Assembly (NCBI RefSeq): GCF_001194135.2
Contig: NC_068993.1
Span: forward strand, 35,689,888-35,738,165
Source of the DNA: Octopus bimaculoides
Lineage: Eukaryota
Length of the DNA: 48,278 nucleotides
Direction: 5' to 3'
Positions 1 through 12,377 of the stretch are shown here, piece after piece (position 1 is the stretch's first letter; each line of letters starts with the position of its first letter). A program made the translations under genes and the position numbers. Below the pieces are notes generated by a model. It had not been told where the DNA came from and did no database searches. It was given only the letters and a program-made list of their open reading frames with translations.

Positions 1-57
1 TGTGTGTGTGCGTGTGTCTGTGTGTGTCTGTGTGTCTGTGTGTGTGTGTGTGTGTGC

Positions 58-89
<32 letters not shown>

Positions 90-95
90 ATGTAA
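1..95. repeat. (TG)n/(TATG)n microsatellite
   Basis: Directly visible tandem dinucleotide and tetranucleotide repeats. Confidence 0.95.
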
Positions 96-990
96 AAGCT
101 GGCTCCCTCCATTAAATCAACATTGAACTGCGTCACATGTCGCCATAATCGCAGAATTGTTGCTGATATCGGCGAGTATGTTGTTGGTGTTGTTACTTTT
201 GCTGCTACCAAAGCTGTTACTGTTGTTGCCAGTGCCGTTCACCACCTTAGCTTCATATACTACACTTTCTGAGTTGGGTCGACGCCCCTACACACATACA
301 CACATATACTGGACACTCATTTGTAACTCTGCATGTGCACTTTACCTCTGCGCGTGGTTTAGTGGTGCTCACTAATGATTTCTCAACACTGGGTGTGCAG
401 CTGAAAGAGACCTTTAAGTTGTGTTTATTAAACAAACGCCAGTATCTATATGACTGTGTGAAGTATTTGTCCACTAATCTAAGGAATGTCCTTCCCACAC
501 AAGTCCTGATGCCGATTAAGAAGGGTGGAGCAAACCAACCAACATTACTGTAGCGCTTCCTTTTGTGGGTGTTAAGACTTGGCATATAGGTGGTGCGGTC
601 TTTAAACTCACTGGCAGCCTAAGCCTCCTTGTAATAAGGATAATCGGCGTCGAAAATGTCTTTCCTGGAGGACAGGTTTCAGTTCCTTTCACTAGATTCT
701 TGGGCACGAAAGGTGGGTGGCAGGAAGCTGTGTTAATGTACGACAGCCTTTCGTTTGTTTTGCGAAAGGGCCTGTATGAACAGGTGTCCAGTTCCAACAT
801 ACCGTCAAAAAATTTAACAATGGTATGTTTGGTCTCAATTGTAATCTGGAGTCCAAGGGATTTAAGGGAGTGAATTAGGTCCTTCCCGAGCCTATTTCGA
901 CTATGTCCGTTAGCGCCTCTAGAGATGGCTAAGGCATCACTTCTGTACAAACCGAAGAGGATGAACGGGAACCTCTTCAGTTAGATGTTA
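96..990 (-). mobile_element. Decayed Penelope-like retroelement: RT C-terminus/thumb and start of GIY-YIG domain
   Basis: Minus frames read FGLYRSDALA (degenerate LYRDDGLA), YRPFRKTNERLSYINTASCHPP, WFAPPF...VGRTFLRLVDKYF...LFNKHNLKVSFSCTP, then CTCRVTNECP..SESVVYEAKV. This is the motif order of Penelope-class ORFs. Frameshifted. Confidence 0.85.
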
Positions 991-2668
991 AATATGTATA
1001 TGTTTAACGTTTTTCGTGTAGGCGATGCGTGCGGTCTAAGGCAGTTACACAGTTTACGTTCCCTCTCATATTTATAGAACAGTATATTTATTCCCCACCT
1101 TATTTTTCTTTATATTATTCATCCCCTTTTGCTCAAGGAGTGCAGTATTAAGATGTGCTCACATTACTTTGATGCATTCTAAATATTTTTATAATGGCTG
1201 ACAGACAATTTTCTATTTCTTTTATCTAAAAAATCTCCGAAAGAAAACATCTAAAATCTCTATCTATTCTCCTTTATATAAAAAAAACATTTGCACTGCT
1301 TTACTGTGCAACATTTCTTTATAGAAAGATTGATTCCTCTACGTTTATTGAACCCAACTTCGCTTTCCATTTATTCCCGTTTTACTCTTTTATATAAAAA
1401 AAAAAATTCAGTATTTTGACTGAAATCCGTCTCTTCTACATTCTCCAAAATAGCAGTTTCTAAATAAATTAGAGTTTTGAATAGAATACTAATATAATAA
1501 ACACACTTTCATTGAAAAGCCCTACAGGAATACAACGGAATTAGTTTATCAAGTAAATATAGAAAGAAAAAAAACTATATTCGTCGATAATTAGAAGAAT
1601 TGTAAAAACATTAGAAAAAAATGGAGTCGAACATCTAAGCAGGAGTTTGCGTTAATGTAAAGAGGCTTGTTAATATTGGAACATAATGATCTCACATCAC
1701 TCTGCAGACATTTCCACCTTGTATATCAACAGTTACTGTATACAAAAATAGCATCAGATTACTTCCTAGTGACTGACTTAAAATGTCACTGCAAGCAAAG
1801 TGTATAGAATACGATTGATAGAGGCACTTCGACAAAAGATTCCCAACAATCTGGATAATCTTTTTATATTGTTTTTTTTTGTTTTTGTTTTTTCTTTGTT
1901 TTTCTTGTTTTTCTTTTTTTCTTTTTTCATGGCTCTATTTTCTTCTATTTTTTTTTTCTGCAGCGTTTCCTTGTGACAGATCAGTATCAGTTTTCTGTGT
2001 CGATATTTCTGAATATATTTTACTTTCATTTTATGTAGTTTTATGTCTGTTTCATTCACTCTCACACAATATCTTTCTCATTCTCTTCGACTACATTTAT
2101 TTTCTCCGATTCTAAGTGTAATTTTACTGTTAATACAAAATATCTAGTTTACAGAAAAAAAATGATGGAGAAGTATTTCTTTACCTTATTCTTATAGAAT
2201 TACATCATATACAAACAAGCTTGATACCATAAGATGGTTTTTCCTGATGAGAATCTTGGAATTGTTTCCTATTCTTAACCTTAGGCTAATCCAACTCACA
2301 AACACCTGATCAAATCTTCCTCGATTTTCTCATTCAGTCACGTTTGCTTTCACGTATCTCAATCAAATAAATTCACATTGAACACATTTCTTCATTGTTT
2401 GTTTGTTTTTTCATAAACTACCTGAAATTTTATGGAAAGCAATATTTAAAGAATCAATATATTACTAGGTGTGACTAGACGTGTCAGTGTCTCAACATGG
2501 TTGTATAGACATAGTCACGTTGCTACAACAGTCATTGCTCAAAAGGAAACTAATTTCTTCCGGTTCATGTAGAAGTTAGTGTTAACATGGTTATTTCAAT
2601 TTTTAAACAATGACAAGGTCAGTTAATGAAGTAGAGATGAAAGAATGCACGTCAACATTTTAATGGGT

Positions 2669-2890
2669 ATATATTAAGGGACACTAGAAGTACCTGGCTT
2701 TGGTTAAAAGAAAATACAGGAGATAAGTTAATTATGATTTTATTCAACGCATTCCCCTGTTAGATTCATACACTTATTGCAGTTGTCCTTCCGTTTTTCT
2801 AAGCCTAGTATAAGAACTTGGAAAGTTTGGCATCGAACCAGCCCTTTCGAGATACCCGTAAAGCCAGGAATGTTTCAGCACCCCCTCGTA
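2669..2890 (-). mobile_element. Mariner-derived MITE retaining the transposase C-terminus
   Basis: Right TIR AAAGCCAGGAATGTTTCAGCACCCCCTCGTA ends in TA. The left TIR is degenerate (..GAAGTACCTGGCTTT). Minus frame 2805-2740 reads GLEKRKDNCNKCMNLTGECVE*, resembling the mariner RWxKCxxxxGxYVE* terminus. Confidence 0.75.
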
Positions 2891-2977
2891 TATATACATA
2901 TATGAAAATATATACAAATAAGAATATATATATATATGTACACACATACACAGACTCACCCCCCACCACCACACACA

Positions 2978-2980
<3 letters not shown>

Positions 2981-3049
<69 letters not shown>
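2981..3049. repeat. (GT)n microsatellite running into a gap
   Basis: Directly visible. Confidence 0.95.
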
Positions 3050-3810
3050 NNNNNNNNNNNNNNNNNNNNNNNNNNNNNNNNNNNNNNNNNNNNNNNNNNN
3101 NNNNNNNNNNNNNNNNNNNNNNNNNNNNNNNNNNNNNNNNNNNNNNNNNNNNNNNNNNNNNNNNNNNNNNNNNNNNNNNNNNNNNNNNNNNNNNNNNNNN
3201 NNNNNNNNNNNNNNNNNNNNNNNNNNNNNNNNNNNNNNNNNNNNNNNNNNNNNNNNNNNNNNNNNNNNNNNNNNNNNNNNNNNNNNNNNNNNNNNNNNNN
3301 NNNNNNNNNNNNNNNNNNNNNNNNNNNNNNNNNNNNNNNNNNNNNNNNNNNNNNNNNNNNNNNNNNNNNNNNNNNNNNNNNNNNNNNNNNNNNNNNNNNN
3401 NNNNNNNNNNNNNNNNNNNNNNNNNNNNNNNNNNNNNNNNNNNNNNNNNNNNNNNNNNNNNNNNNNNNNNNNNNNNNNNNNNNNNNNNNNNNNNNNNNNN
3501 NNNNNNNNNNNNNNNNNNNNNNNNNNNNNNNNNNNNNNNNNNNNNNNNNNNNNNNNNNNNNNNNNNNNNNNNNNNNNNNNNNNNNNNNNNNNNNNNNNNN
3601 NNNNNNNNNNNNNNNNNNNNNNNNNNNNNNNNNNNNNNNNNNNNNNNNNNNNNNNNNNNNNNNNNNNNNNNNNNNNNNNNNNNNNNNNNNNNNNNNNNNN
3701 NNNNNNNNNNNNNNNNNNNNNNNNNNNNNNNNNNNNNNNNNNNNNNNNNNNNNNNNNNNNNNNNNNNNNNNNNNNNNNNNNNNNNNNNNNNNNNNNNNNN
3801 NNNNNNNNNN
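3050..3810. other. Assembly gap (N)
   Basis: Run of N. Confidence 1.
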
Positions 3811-4203
3811 TGTGTAATTTTATATCCGAGTATATACTTTGTAGCATGCCGTTTAAAGACGTTAGGTTGCCTAATGTCTTCAATAGTGGGGAAGTATATG
3901 CTATTGCAGAAACTCTTTCGTGTCCGTAGGGTTTTTAAAAATATAAGAGACAGAAAATGCGTTTCAGGAAGCTCTTTATTACTCACTACGATCGTTTATG
4001 CCCATCGTGTAGTGGTGCCGTGTGGGTGAGATGATGTACAAACCGTTGAAGTGCATTGTAGGGGCGGATGTCTCACCAGATGACTTGTCAAAAGATTACT
4101 TTTTTCTTAATCTCAAATACAATTTCCAAAATGTATTCTAATACACATAAGCAAAACACACAAACACATACACACACACACACACACATATGTATGTATG
4201 TAT

Positions 4204-4507
4204 GGAGGCGCAATGGCCCAGTGGTTAGGGCAGCGGACTCGCGGTCATAGGATCGCGGTTTCGATTCCCGGAACGGGCGCTATGAGTGTTTATTGAGCGA
4301 AAACACCTAAAGCTCCACGAGGTTCCGGCAGGGGATAGTGGCGAACCCTGCTGTACTCTTTCACCACAACTTTCTCTCACTCTTTCTTCCTGTTTCTGTT
4401 GTACCTGTAATTCAAAGGCTCAGCCTTGTCACACTGTGTTACGCTGAATATCCTCGAGAACTACGTTAAGGGTACGCGTGTCTGTGGAGTGCTCAGCCAC
4501 TTGCACG
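4204..4507 (+). mobile_element. tRNA-headed SINE (family B-type 3' tail), truncated by the gap
   Basis: A-box TGGCCCAGTGG (4214-4224) and B-box GTTTCGATTCC (4258-4268). The 3' 52 nt match 47665-47716 at 48/52. Confidence 0.85.
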
Positions 4508-5366
4508 NNNNNNNNNNNNNNNNNNNNNNNNNNNNNNNNNNNNNNNNNNNNNNNNNNNNNNNNNNNNNNNNNNNNNNNNNNNNNNNNNNNNNNNNNNNNN
4601 NNNNNNNNNNNNNNNNNNNNNNNNNNNNNNNNNNNNNNNNNNNNNNNNNNNNNNNNNNNNNNNNNNNNNNNNNNNNNNNNNNNNNNNNNNNNNNNNNNNN
4701 NNNNNNNNNNNNNNNNNNNNNNNNNNNNNNNNNNNNNNNNNNNNNNNNNNNNNNNNNNNNNNNNNNNNNNNNNNNNNNNNNNNNNNNNNNNNNNNNNNNN
4801 NNNNNNNNNNNNNNNNNNNNNNNNNNNNNNNNNNNNNNNNNNNNNNNNNNNNNNNNNNNNNNNNNNNNNNNNNNNNNNNNNNNNNNNNNNNNNNNNNNNN
4901 NNNNNNNNNNNNNNNNNNNNNNNNNNNNNNNNNNNNNNNNNNNNNNNNNNNNNNNNNNNNNNNNNNNNNNNNNNNNNNNNNNNNNNNNNNNNNNNNNNNN
5001 NNNNNNNNNNNNNNNNNNNNNNNNNNNNNNNNNNNNNNNNNNNNNNNNNNNNNNNNNNNNNNNNNNNNNNNNNNNNNNNNNNNNNNNNNNNNNNNNNNNN
5101 NNNNNNNNNNNNNNNNNNNNNNNNNNNNNNNNNNNNNNNNNNNNNNNNNNNNNNNNNNNNNNNNNNNNNNNNNNNNNNNNNNNNNNNNNNNNNNNNNNNN
5201 NNNNNNNNNNNNNNNNNNNNNNNNNNNNNNNNNNNNNNNNNNNNNNNNNNNNNNNNNNNNNNNNNNNNNNNNNNNNNNNNNNNNNNNNNNNNNNNNNNNN
5301 NNNNNNNNNNNNNNNNNNNNNNNNNNNNNNNNNNNNNNNNNNNNNNNNNNNNNNNNNNNNNNNNNN
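4508..5366. other. Assembly gap (N)
   Basis: Run of N. Confidence 1.
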
Positions 5367-5378
5367 ATAATCATTTTT

Positions 5379-5422
<44 letters not shown>

Positions 5423-5482
5423 GTGTGCGTGTGTGTGTGTGTGTCTGTGTGTGTGTGTGTCTGCGTGTCTGTGTGTGTGTGT

Positions 5483-5569
5483 CTGTGTGACTATGTCTGT
5501 ATCTGTGTCTGTGTGACTATGTCTGTATCTGTGTCTGTGTGACTATGTCTGTATCTGTGTCTGTGTGAC
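5483..5569. repeat. 26-bp minisatellite, about 3.3 identical copies (CTGTGTGACTATGTCTGTATCTGTGT), after (CT)n/(GT)n
   Basis: Units start at 5483, 5509 and 5535, with a partial unit at 5561. Confidence 0.9.
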
Positions 5570-6397
5570 ATTAGACAATTTCTGTCTTCTGGAACCAATG
5601 AGCATCTGGCAATATTTATTTATATCTGGTCACAGTTAATATTCCATTTACTAATTAGCAAACATTCGCTTTTATGAATCCTTCTTAAACCATCCTCAAG
5701 ATAAGATTTTATCTGTTCATTTTACTAGACTTAAAAATATAAATAGACCAATTCATTTTAATATATGTATGCGTATCCACGTCTATATACATGCGTGTGT
5801 GCTTGTGCTTGTATATGTATATTTGTATGTGTGAATGAGTGTATTTTAACTAACAAACAGTATACATTTTTTAAACATTTTGTTGAAATTATCTCCGCTT
5901 CCAAATGAGTTAGTCCTATCGCTAAATGGTATTTGGTACTAACTCCAAATAGGAGAGGAAAATTATCTCAGAAGTCAAGAATTAAATTCTGCAAAACTGA
6001 CATATCACAAAGCGAAATACAGTTTGGTTGTCTGGAGAGAACAGCTCAAAAGCAGACTCCTTTTTCTGCTTTAGTTGACGCCACCAGTACAGCGATTGTT
6101 CTACCTTATATTCGGTACTATTGTTTGACATTAATCTTCATTTAAAAATATACATAAAAGTTTAATATATTTATGGCCGACGTAATTTGCTTACATGAAA
6201 CGAAAATTAGCTAAGAAAAATAATGCAGTGTCATCATTGGCATGGATTTGAACAACAAAGACAAATAGGTGTTTGTATATATGTATGTATGTTTTCAGGT
6301 GTGTTTGTATGTATCATTATGTTAAGAATAACAATATTCTATTCTCTATTGTGGAATATATACACCTTAGGTATTATCTCTGACTAGAAACCTCTAT

Positions 6398-8109
6398 ACA
6401 CTGTCACTGACAGTTTTAACTCTACAAAATCACCAAAAGCCAGAGATGTTTTGGCAAGTACAGGCCTACCAAGAAACCATAGATCACACTAGAAATTTTA
6501 GACTTGTATGACAAAAGAAGAGAGTTGAAGAAGAAAAAGTTTGACTAGGAAGGTGACCAAAGAGTCATGGATAGAGGAACAGTGTAGGGATATTGAGGGA
6601 AACCTAAAGAAGAACAACAGTAAGAAAGATTATCAGCTGATCAAAGAAGTTACAAGCAACAAGCAAGGACGGCCCAGCACAATACTTAATAAAGAGGAGA
6701 AATCAGGCAAGGGAAGAGGCCATGTGGATGCACTCCAAGTAATATGTAATAAGATGTGGCAGACAGGAGAGTGGCCGGCACATTAGACTCAGATGCTGGT
6801 GATCACCTTACCAAAAAAGGGCATCTACAACAATGCCAGGACTACAGAACAATTACCTTGATATGCCACACAAGCAAAGTGTTGTTGAGAATCACCCTTA
6901 ATAGACTCAAACCCCAAGCAAAGAAAATCATTGCCGAGGAGCAAGCAAGTTTCAGGGCGGTTTGCAGCACAATAGAGAAGATTTTCAATTCTGTGTGAGG
7001 GCTCTCTTCAGCACCAGTAACAACTTTTTCATGTGTTCGTGGACTTCAAAATGGCATTTGACAGGGTGTAGCATTCGAGACTCTGGTCCACCATGAGGCT
7101 ATATAACATCAACGCGAATCTCATTCGTGCCTTTGATAGTCTGTATGATAAAACAAGTGGTGCGGTTTACCTGAACGGCTACATTGGCATGTGGTTCAAA
7201 ACAACAATCGGTGTAAGACAATGCTGTCCAATCTCGCCAATCTTTTTCAACATCTTCCTTGACCGCTGCACTGGAAGACTACAATGGTACGATTAGCATT
7301 GGCGGCAGAGCCCTAACAAAACTGCGATTTGCATATGATATTGTCGGACTGGCGAGCTCAGAGCAAGAACTAAAACAACTAGTAAAACGCCTGGACAAGA
7401 CTTCCAATGAATTTAACATAGAGAAAACAAAGGTTATGACAAACTGCCCAAACGGAATCAGTACCAACATACGCGTCAGTGGAGTTGAGCTTGAAGAAGT
7501 TCAAAACTTCAAATATCTTGGGGTGATACTGAATGACCAAGGTTCCAAGTCTTAATGAATATCCCGCATTGCCAAAATGACAGCAGCAATGACCAAATTC
7601 AGAACACTATGGAAAGCCAGAAGTATCTCACTGAGCTCCAAAATTAGGCTAATGAGATCACTAGTGATCTTAATATTCTTGTATGCCTGTGAGACATGGA
7701 CACTGACAGCAGAAATCGAAAGAACAATCCAGGTTACAGAGATGAAATGCTTCAGGAGACTTTTGGGAATATCATATAGAGATCGAGTCCCAAATGAGGA
7801 AGTAAAAATAAGAATAATGCAGGCAATAGGTCCCTATGAGTAACTTCTTACCACAATGAAGAAACATAAACTCAGGTAGTTTAAGCATGTCACACGCTCA
7901 TCAAGGTTGGCCAAAACAATCCTTCAGCGAACAGTCAAATCTGAAGCAGACAGAGAAAGAAGGAAGGAAACAACATGTGTGGGTGGGCAGGCCGAAACAT
8001 GAGAGAAGCAGTGCGAGAAGCAGAAGACAGAGGTACGTGGAGGGATTTGGTCGCAATGTCACCAGTGGTGCCACAATGGTCAGACTACGGAATATGTAAT
8101 GTAATGTAA
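6398..8109 (+). mobile_element. RTE-clade LINE, 5'-truncated and decayed reverse transcriptase with short tandem 3' tail
   Basis: Consecutive frames give WIEEQC..IEGNLKKNNSKK, ICNKMWQTGEWP, YRTITLI..SKVLLRI.LNRL, EEQASFR, VDFKMAFDRV, GVRQCCPISP, LRFAYD (degenerate FADD), FKYLG, FLYACETWTL and IGPYE. The 3' tail is (ATGTA)3. There are many stops and frameshifts and an internal deletion near 6710. Confidence 0.93.
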
Positions 8110-8294
8110 CACCCATGAGCTGCAAAGTCTCCCCAAAATATATTTTAAGATTACATACATATATTACTCAAGAATTTAGTTAGATAGATATTATATGCAT
8201 GAACCATATTGGGAATCGTCTTAATAGACAGGAAATAACAATATTGATAAATATTCCAATGGTTTCATAGAGACGAAAATGCAAATCTGGCAAG

Positions 8295-8383
8295 TGTTGT
8301 TGTTGTTGTTGTTGTTGTTACTATTATTATTATTATTATTATTATTATCATCATCATTATCATCATCATCATCATCATCATCG

Positions 8384-8420
<37 letters not shown>

Positions 8421-8460
8421 TATTATTATTATTAGTATTACCATTATTATTATTATTATG

Positions 8461-8496
<36 letters not shown>

Positions 8497-8500
8497 ATTA
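8295..8500. repeat. Compound (GTT)n(ATT)n(ATC)n(ATT)n trinucleotide microsatellite
   Basis: Directly visible; explains the poly-N/D/I/M ORFs. Confidence 0.95.
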
Positions 8501-9439
8501 TTATTCACTTTCAAAGCTGATATTTCAGAAAACGATTGTACAAAGAAATAAATCTTAATTCAGTTTAGCAATAGTTAGTTTCAGTGAAGGGTTCAACTGA
8601 GATAATTTCAGGTAATATATTAGTTGTTTGATTAAAATTAAATCCGAGCACAATACGGCAGCTTTGTTTCTGTGCTTATGAGATTTTCTATTGAATTTCA
8701 TATTTGCATAAGAATATATTGCTTGTCGATGATAATGTTGAAATTGATTTGTTACCGATCGATATTCCTTTATCAGCTTATTTAAATTTTGTGTAGCAAC
8801 CTGGTTGTATTAACCCGATTAATAAACCTATTCATTTGGCTTCAAATATTTTAGATTCAACGGTTTAAAGGATGCTATTTCAAAGGGTTCAGACCCTCTT
8901 TCAAGAATGATTGAATAACGGATACCTTTTATAGATATCCCGAAATCTCCCTATCACAATCTATTTCAAATGTATCGTGATCTGAGGATGTACGTGTCTC
9001 ACTGAAGCATTACTTAGAAATTGGCCACCATCTCATTATAATTTATTCATGGTTGGGTGAAAATTATTCATGTTTACACACCTGATAGTTATGATTCTTC
9101 AAGGTGATGCGATTTTCCTTTTATATATTCTTACACAAATAATTACAATACTTAATTTACAATATTTCATTTCATTTCAAAGTATTCGCTGAGGGTTTTT
9201 TGCGTAAGATCAAGTTCATTGTTTTTCAAGTATTTATTGAAAAGAAACAGTGTAGAAATTTTAAGAGTAAAACTTGCTTCAAGGGAGAATTGGTTGAAAA
9301 TGTAAACACTCTTATATTTAATTCTGGCCTTGAAGGACTAATTTTCTATATTAGAAGAAATACCAACCGGTTAAATTGGGAGGTTAATCCAATCGCCTGG
9401 ATTCCCCTTCATGGCTAAAACTGATATTTGAACTATGCA

Positions 9440-9550
9440 AGCAACGGTGTTTTGCTCAAGAACACAACGGATCACCCGCACTAGGAATAAAATGTACACT
9501 TTTACGATGATGAGTGCAACATGGTAACCACTTAACCATGCTCCTCCTCC
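9440..9550 (-). mobile_element. Degenerate SINE head (family B)
   Basis: GTGTTTTGCTCAAGAACACAACG is nearly identical to the block in the 11565-11803 copy, followed by a reverse tRNA-like head. Confidence 0.65.
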
Positions 9551-9601
9551 CCATTTGTACTTAAAAGTACCCGTTTTAGTTATTTCTAATCAGAGTCTGA
9601 C

Positions 9602-9606
<5 letters not shown>

Positions 9607-9682
<76 letters not shown>

Positions 9683-9690
9683 TACATATA
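9607..9690. repeat. (TA)n microsatellite
   Basis: Directly visible. Confidence 0.95.
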
Positions 9691-10829
9691 CAAGCTTCCC
9701 TTTTTTACTCAACCAAATTTCACTCGGTAGTGTCTTCCCGGAATATTTCCTTAACTCGGAAGAAGCAGTTTTTATAACTTTGAATTCCAAAACCAAACTA
9801 ATTAAATTTCTTTTAAAAGAAATTCCTAAAGTAATTTTAATTGAATTTAATATTGATGACTAATTATATGGAATTATTTTCTACAATTTTAAATCGTTAT
9901 TAAATTTGAAATTTGTTTAAATGCTCGGCTTGTGCATTATGTTAGCTTGGTCTTCATACAATATATACTTAGAATCAGAACAGTATTTTGCAAGATAAAA
10001 ACACTCTTCCAGTTAGAAATGGTAATGGTGGTGTTATTTAAGTATATGGGCTTAAACTAGGAATGAAATTTCTTGGGATCGTGCATTAGACACTAATTTC
10101 GTGGATTGTCTTCTTAGATTGTAGATCAGCCACTAATACCGTAATTTGCAGTGTTGTAATCAAAGACTGGATATCATATTCGATTTGATGTGCCAAATAA
10201 TGTCTGGTCAGTTATTAAAATTGTCATTAAGAACTTGGAGTATACGAAAGTCCAAGAAGCTAAGGTTACGAATGTGGGATGAGGAGCTAAAATAAACATT
10301 CTCTATTAACTGAAAAGTAGCGTGGCAGCCTTCCCTTGAGTACACTCTCCCCATTTCCTCCATTATACCTCATACGGAACGAAGACAACTCAACATCCAC
10401 GTGTATGCCTCGCCACCTTAACAGTCACCCTGAAAAAGGATACTTAGAGAAGATTCTGGAGAACTTCTACATGGTCACTCGAATAATTCTCTAGGAATAG
10501 TAGCATACAGATATCCCTCAGATCAGACATTGTTGTCGTTAAAACTAGAATGTTACATCAGAGAATCTTAAATATACATAAAGAGATGATAGGCAGGGTT
10601 GAAATTGTCTTTGATCATAAGTCGTTAGAAACAGCACACTGAATAATATAACCTTTGATACACGATGTCGAAACAAATTTAAATCGAAGGATCCGGAATG
10701 AAACACCTTTACAAATAATACGTTCTCTCCATTGAAGCAGAGTTGCACTTGAGAGGCTGTCGTCAATGAATAACTGATAAACAATGAAAGTAAACGCAGC
10801 CTGAATTTAAATGTAAAAGTTATATTCTC

Positions 10830-11340
10830 TTCTACTCTAGGCACAGAGCCCGAAATTTGGGGGGAGGGGGCCAGTCGATTACATCGACCCCAGTGAGGAA
10901 CGAGTACTAACGATTGTGCCAGCTCACCGCNNNNNNNNNNNNNNNNNNNNATTAGATTGAATCCAGTACGCAACTGTTACTTAATTTATCTACCCTGAAA
11001 GGATGAAAGGCAAAGTTAACCTCGGCGGAATTTGAACTCAGAATGTAATGGCAGACTTAATAAAGAATCTTTTCTACTCTAGGCACAGAGCCCGAAATTT
11101 GGGGGGAGGGGGCCAGTCGATTACATCGACCCCAGTGAGGAACGAGTACTAACGATTGTGCCAGCTCACCGCCTTATCATGTGTAAATATTAGGTTGAAA
11201 TGTTATCACAATGCTAACAACTTCGGGGCATGGAGTAGTCAATTACATTACCAGTTAATATGTACATTAACTGATACATATTTTATTGACTCCGAAACAA
11301 TAAAAGGTAAAGTCAACCTCGGCGAAATTTGAACTCAGTT
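10830..11340 (-). mobile_element. Cluster of four family A SINE pieces (10830-10930, 10951-11056, 11072-11175, ~11225-11340)
   Basis: Shared blocks TTTAT(C/T)GACCCCGAAAGGATGAAAGGCAAAGTC.ACCTCGGCGGAATTTGAACTCAG (reverse B-box GAGTTCAAATTCC) and GTCGATTACATCGACCCCAGT. Confidence 0.8.
10931..10950. other. Assembly gap (20 N)
   Basis: Run of N. Confidence 1.
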
Positions 11341-11564
11341 GTGAGTAAATATTACAAGACGGTCCTTTTCAGCCTCTCAACAATTTATGTTAATCTACAA
11401 TCCGTTAATCCGTAAGTGGCTCCATATTTTGGACACCTCTACATAGTCGCACTTGTATTGATTCACTAGAGAAGACACACTTTGATCATCAGACAGAAGA
11501 CACTGGATGTCACTGAGAGGTACTATGAAATGACTGGGAATGTTGATACACATGGAGGATGTAA

Positions 11565-11803
11565 AGTTTCTTCTCGAGTTATAAAGACTCATCGGAACGG
11601 TTTCCCTGTTTCCAAGGCGTATATATTCCCCACCTGGTTGTAACGCTGGTCCATCGCAGAATTACTCCTTTTTGCCAACTGAATAGGCTGGATCAATGTG
11701 AAATGAAGTGTTTTGCTCAAGAATACAACGCGTCACCCGGTCCAGGAATCAAAACTACAACACCCTGGCCACTAGGTCCAACACCCTAGCCATGCACCTC
11801 CAC
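11565..11803 (-). mobile_element. tRNA-headed SINE (family B)
   Basis: The reverse strand begins GTGGAGGTGCATGGCTAG... and contains GTTTTGATTCCTGGACCGGG (B-box-like) and GTTGTATTCTTGAGCAAAACACTTCATTTCAC, a block shared with 9440 and 47553. Confidence 0.8.
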
Positions 11804-12020
11804 AAGATGGAGGATGGGAGTCTAAGTAAATCCAAACAGACAAGATCCGGCAGCGAGTGTGATGACCGTACGGCCATAATAATAACACAAAATATCTCCA
11901 TAAATCATTATGATTTCACTTCAATTATATGAGATATTGGTCCTGAATATGCAAAGGTAAATTAATGTAGTATAAGAATATAATATATTACCTTTTAAAC
12001 TTGAAAGTGAAACACATATA

Positions 12021-12096
12021 CACACATACACAAACCCCACACACATTCACAAACCCTACACACATACACAAACCCCACACACATACACAAACCCCA
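12021..12096. repeat. 19-bp minisatellite, 4 copies (CACACATACACAAACCCCA)
   Basis: Units start at 12021, 12040, 12059 and 12078. Confidence 0.85.
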
Positions 12097-12345
12097 CACA
12101 CACACAATCACGTGCGCGCTCGTATGTAATTACTACATTTATTACCGGGAAAAAAACATCTGTGACTACTTTAATCAATGTATCTATCGTTTATACTTAA
12201 ATGGATAAATAAATATGCGTGATCAAAGCATTTCAATTGCTAATGTAACATAGGCTGTAAATGAATTGTAGCACTCGGGAATGTGGCTATATCTGCACAA
12301 TCAAGCAAGAGGATATCGTGGTGTTATGGAGGTCCCTTGAAATAG

Positions 12346-12377
<32 letters not shown>

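Noticed and set aside
1860-1963. About 100-nt T-rich tract ending in CTGCAG (acceptor-like)
   Set aside because: No convincing downstream donor or recognisable peptide; poly-T tracts are common here.
3811-3929. PNVFNSGEVYAI resembling the Pif1 motif VFxxGQxYVA
   Set aside because: Too short, and no other helicase motifs flank it.
4204-4275. tRNA gene
   Set aside because: A and B boxes are present, but the sequence continues into a SINE body and lacks a proper acceptor stem; it is a SINE head.
2774-5380. Long ORFs (300-400 aa) in the ORF track here and at the other gaps
   Set aside because: They are read-through of N runs and dinucleotide repeats, not genes.
5483-5569. Short repeat arrays (26-bp here, 19-bp at 12021, 37-bp at 42769) as CRISPR-like arrays
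   Set aside because: They are head-to-tail with no unique spacers, there are no cas genes, and the context is eukaryotic.
8221-8514. Poly-Asn/Asp and poly-Ile/Met ORFs
   Set aside because: They are translations of a trinucleotide microsatellite.
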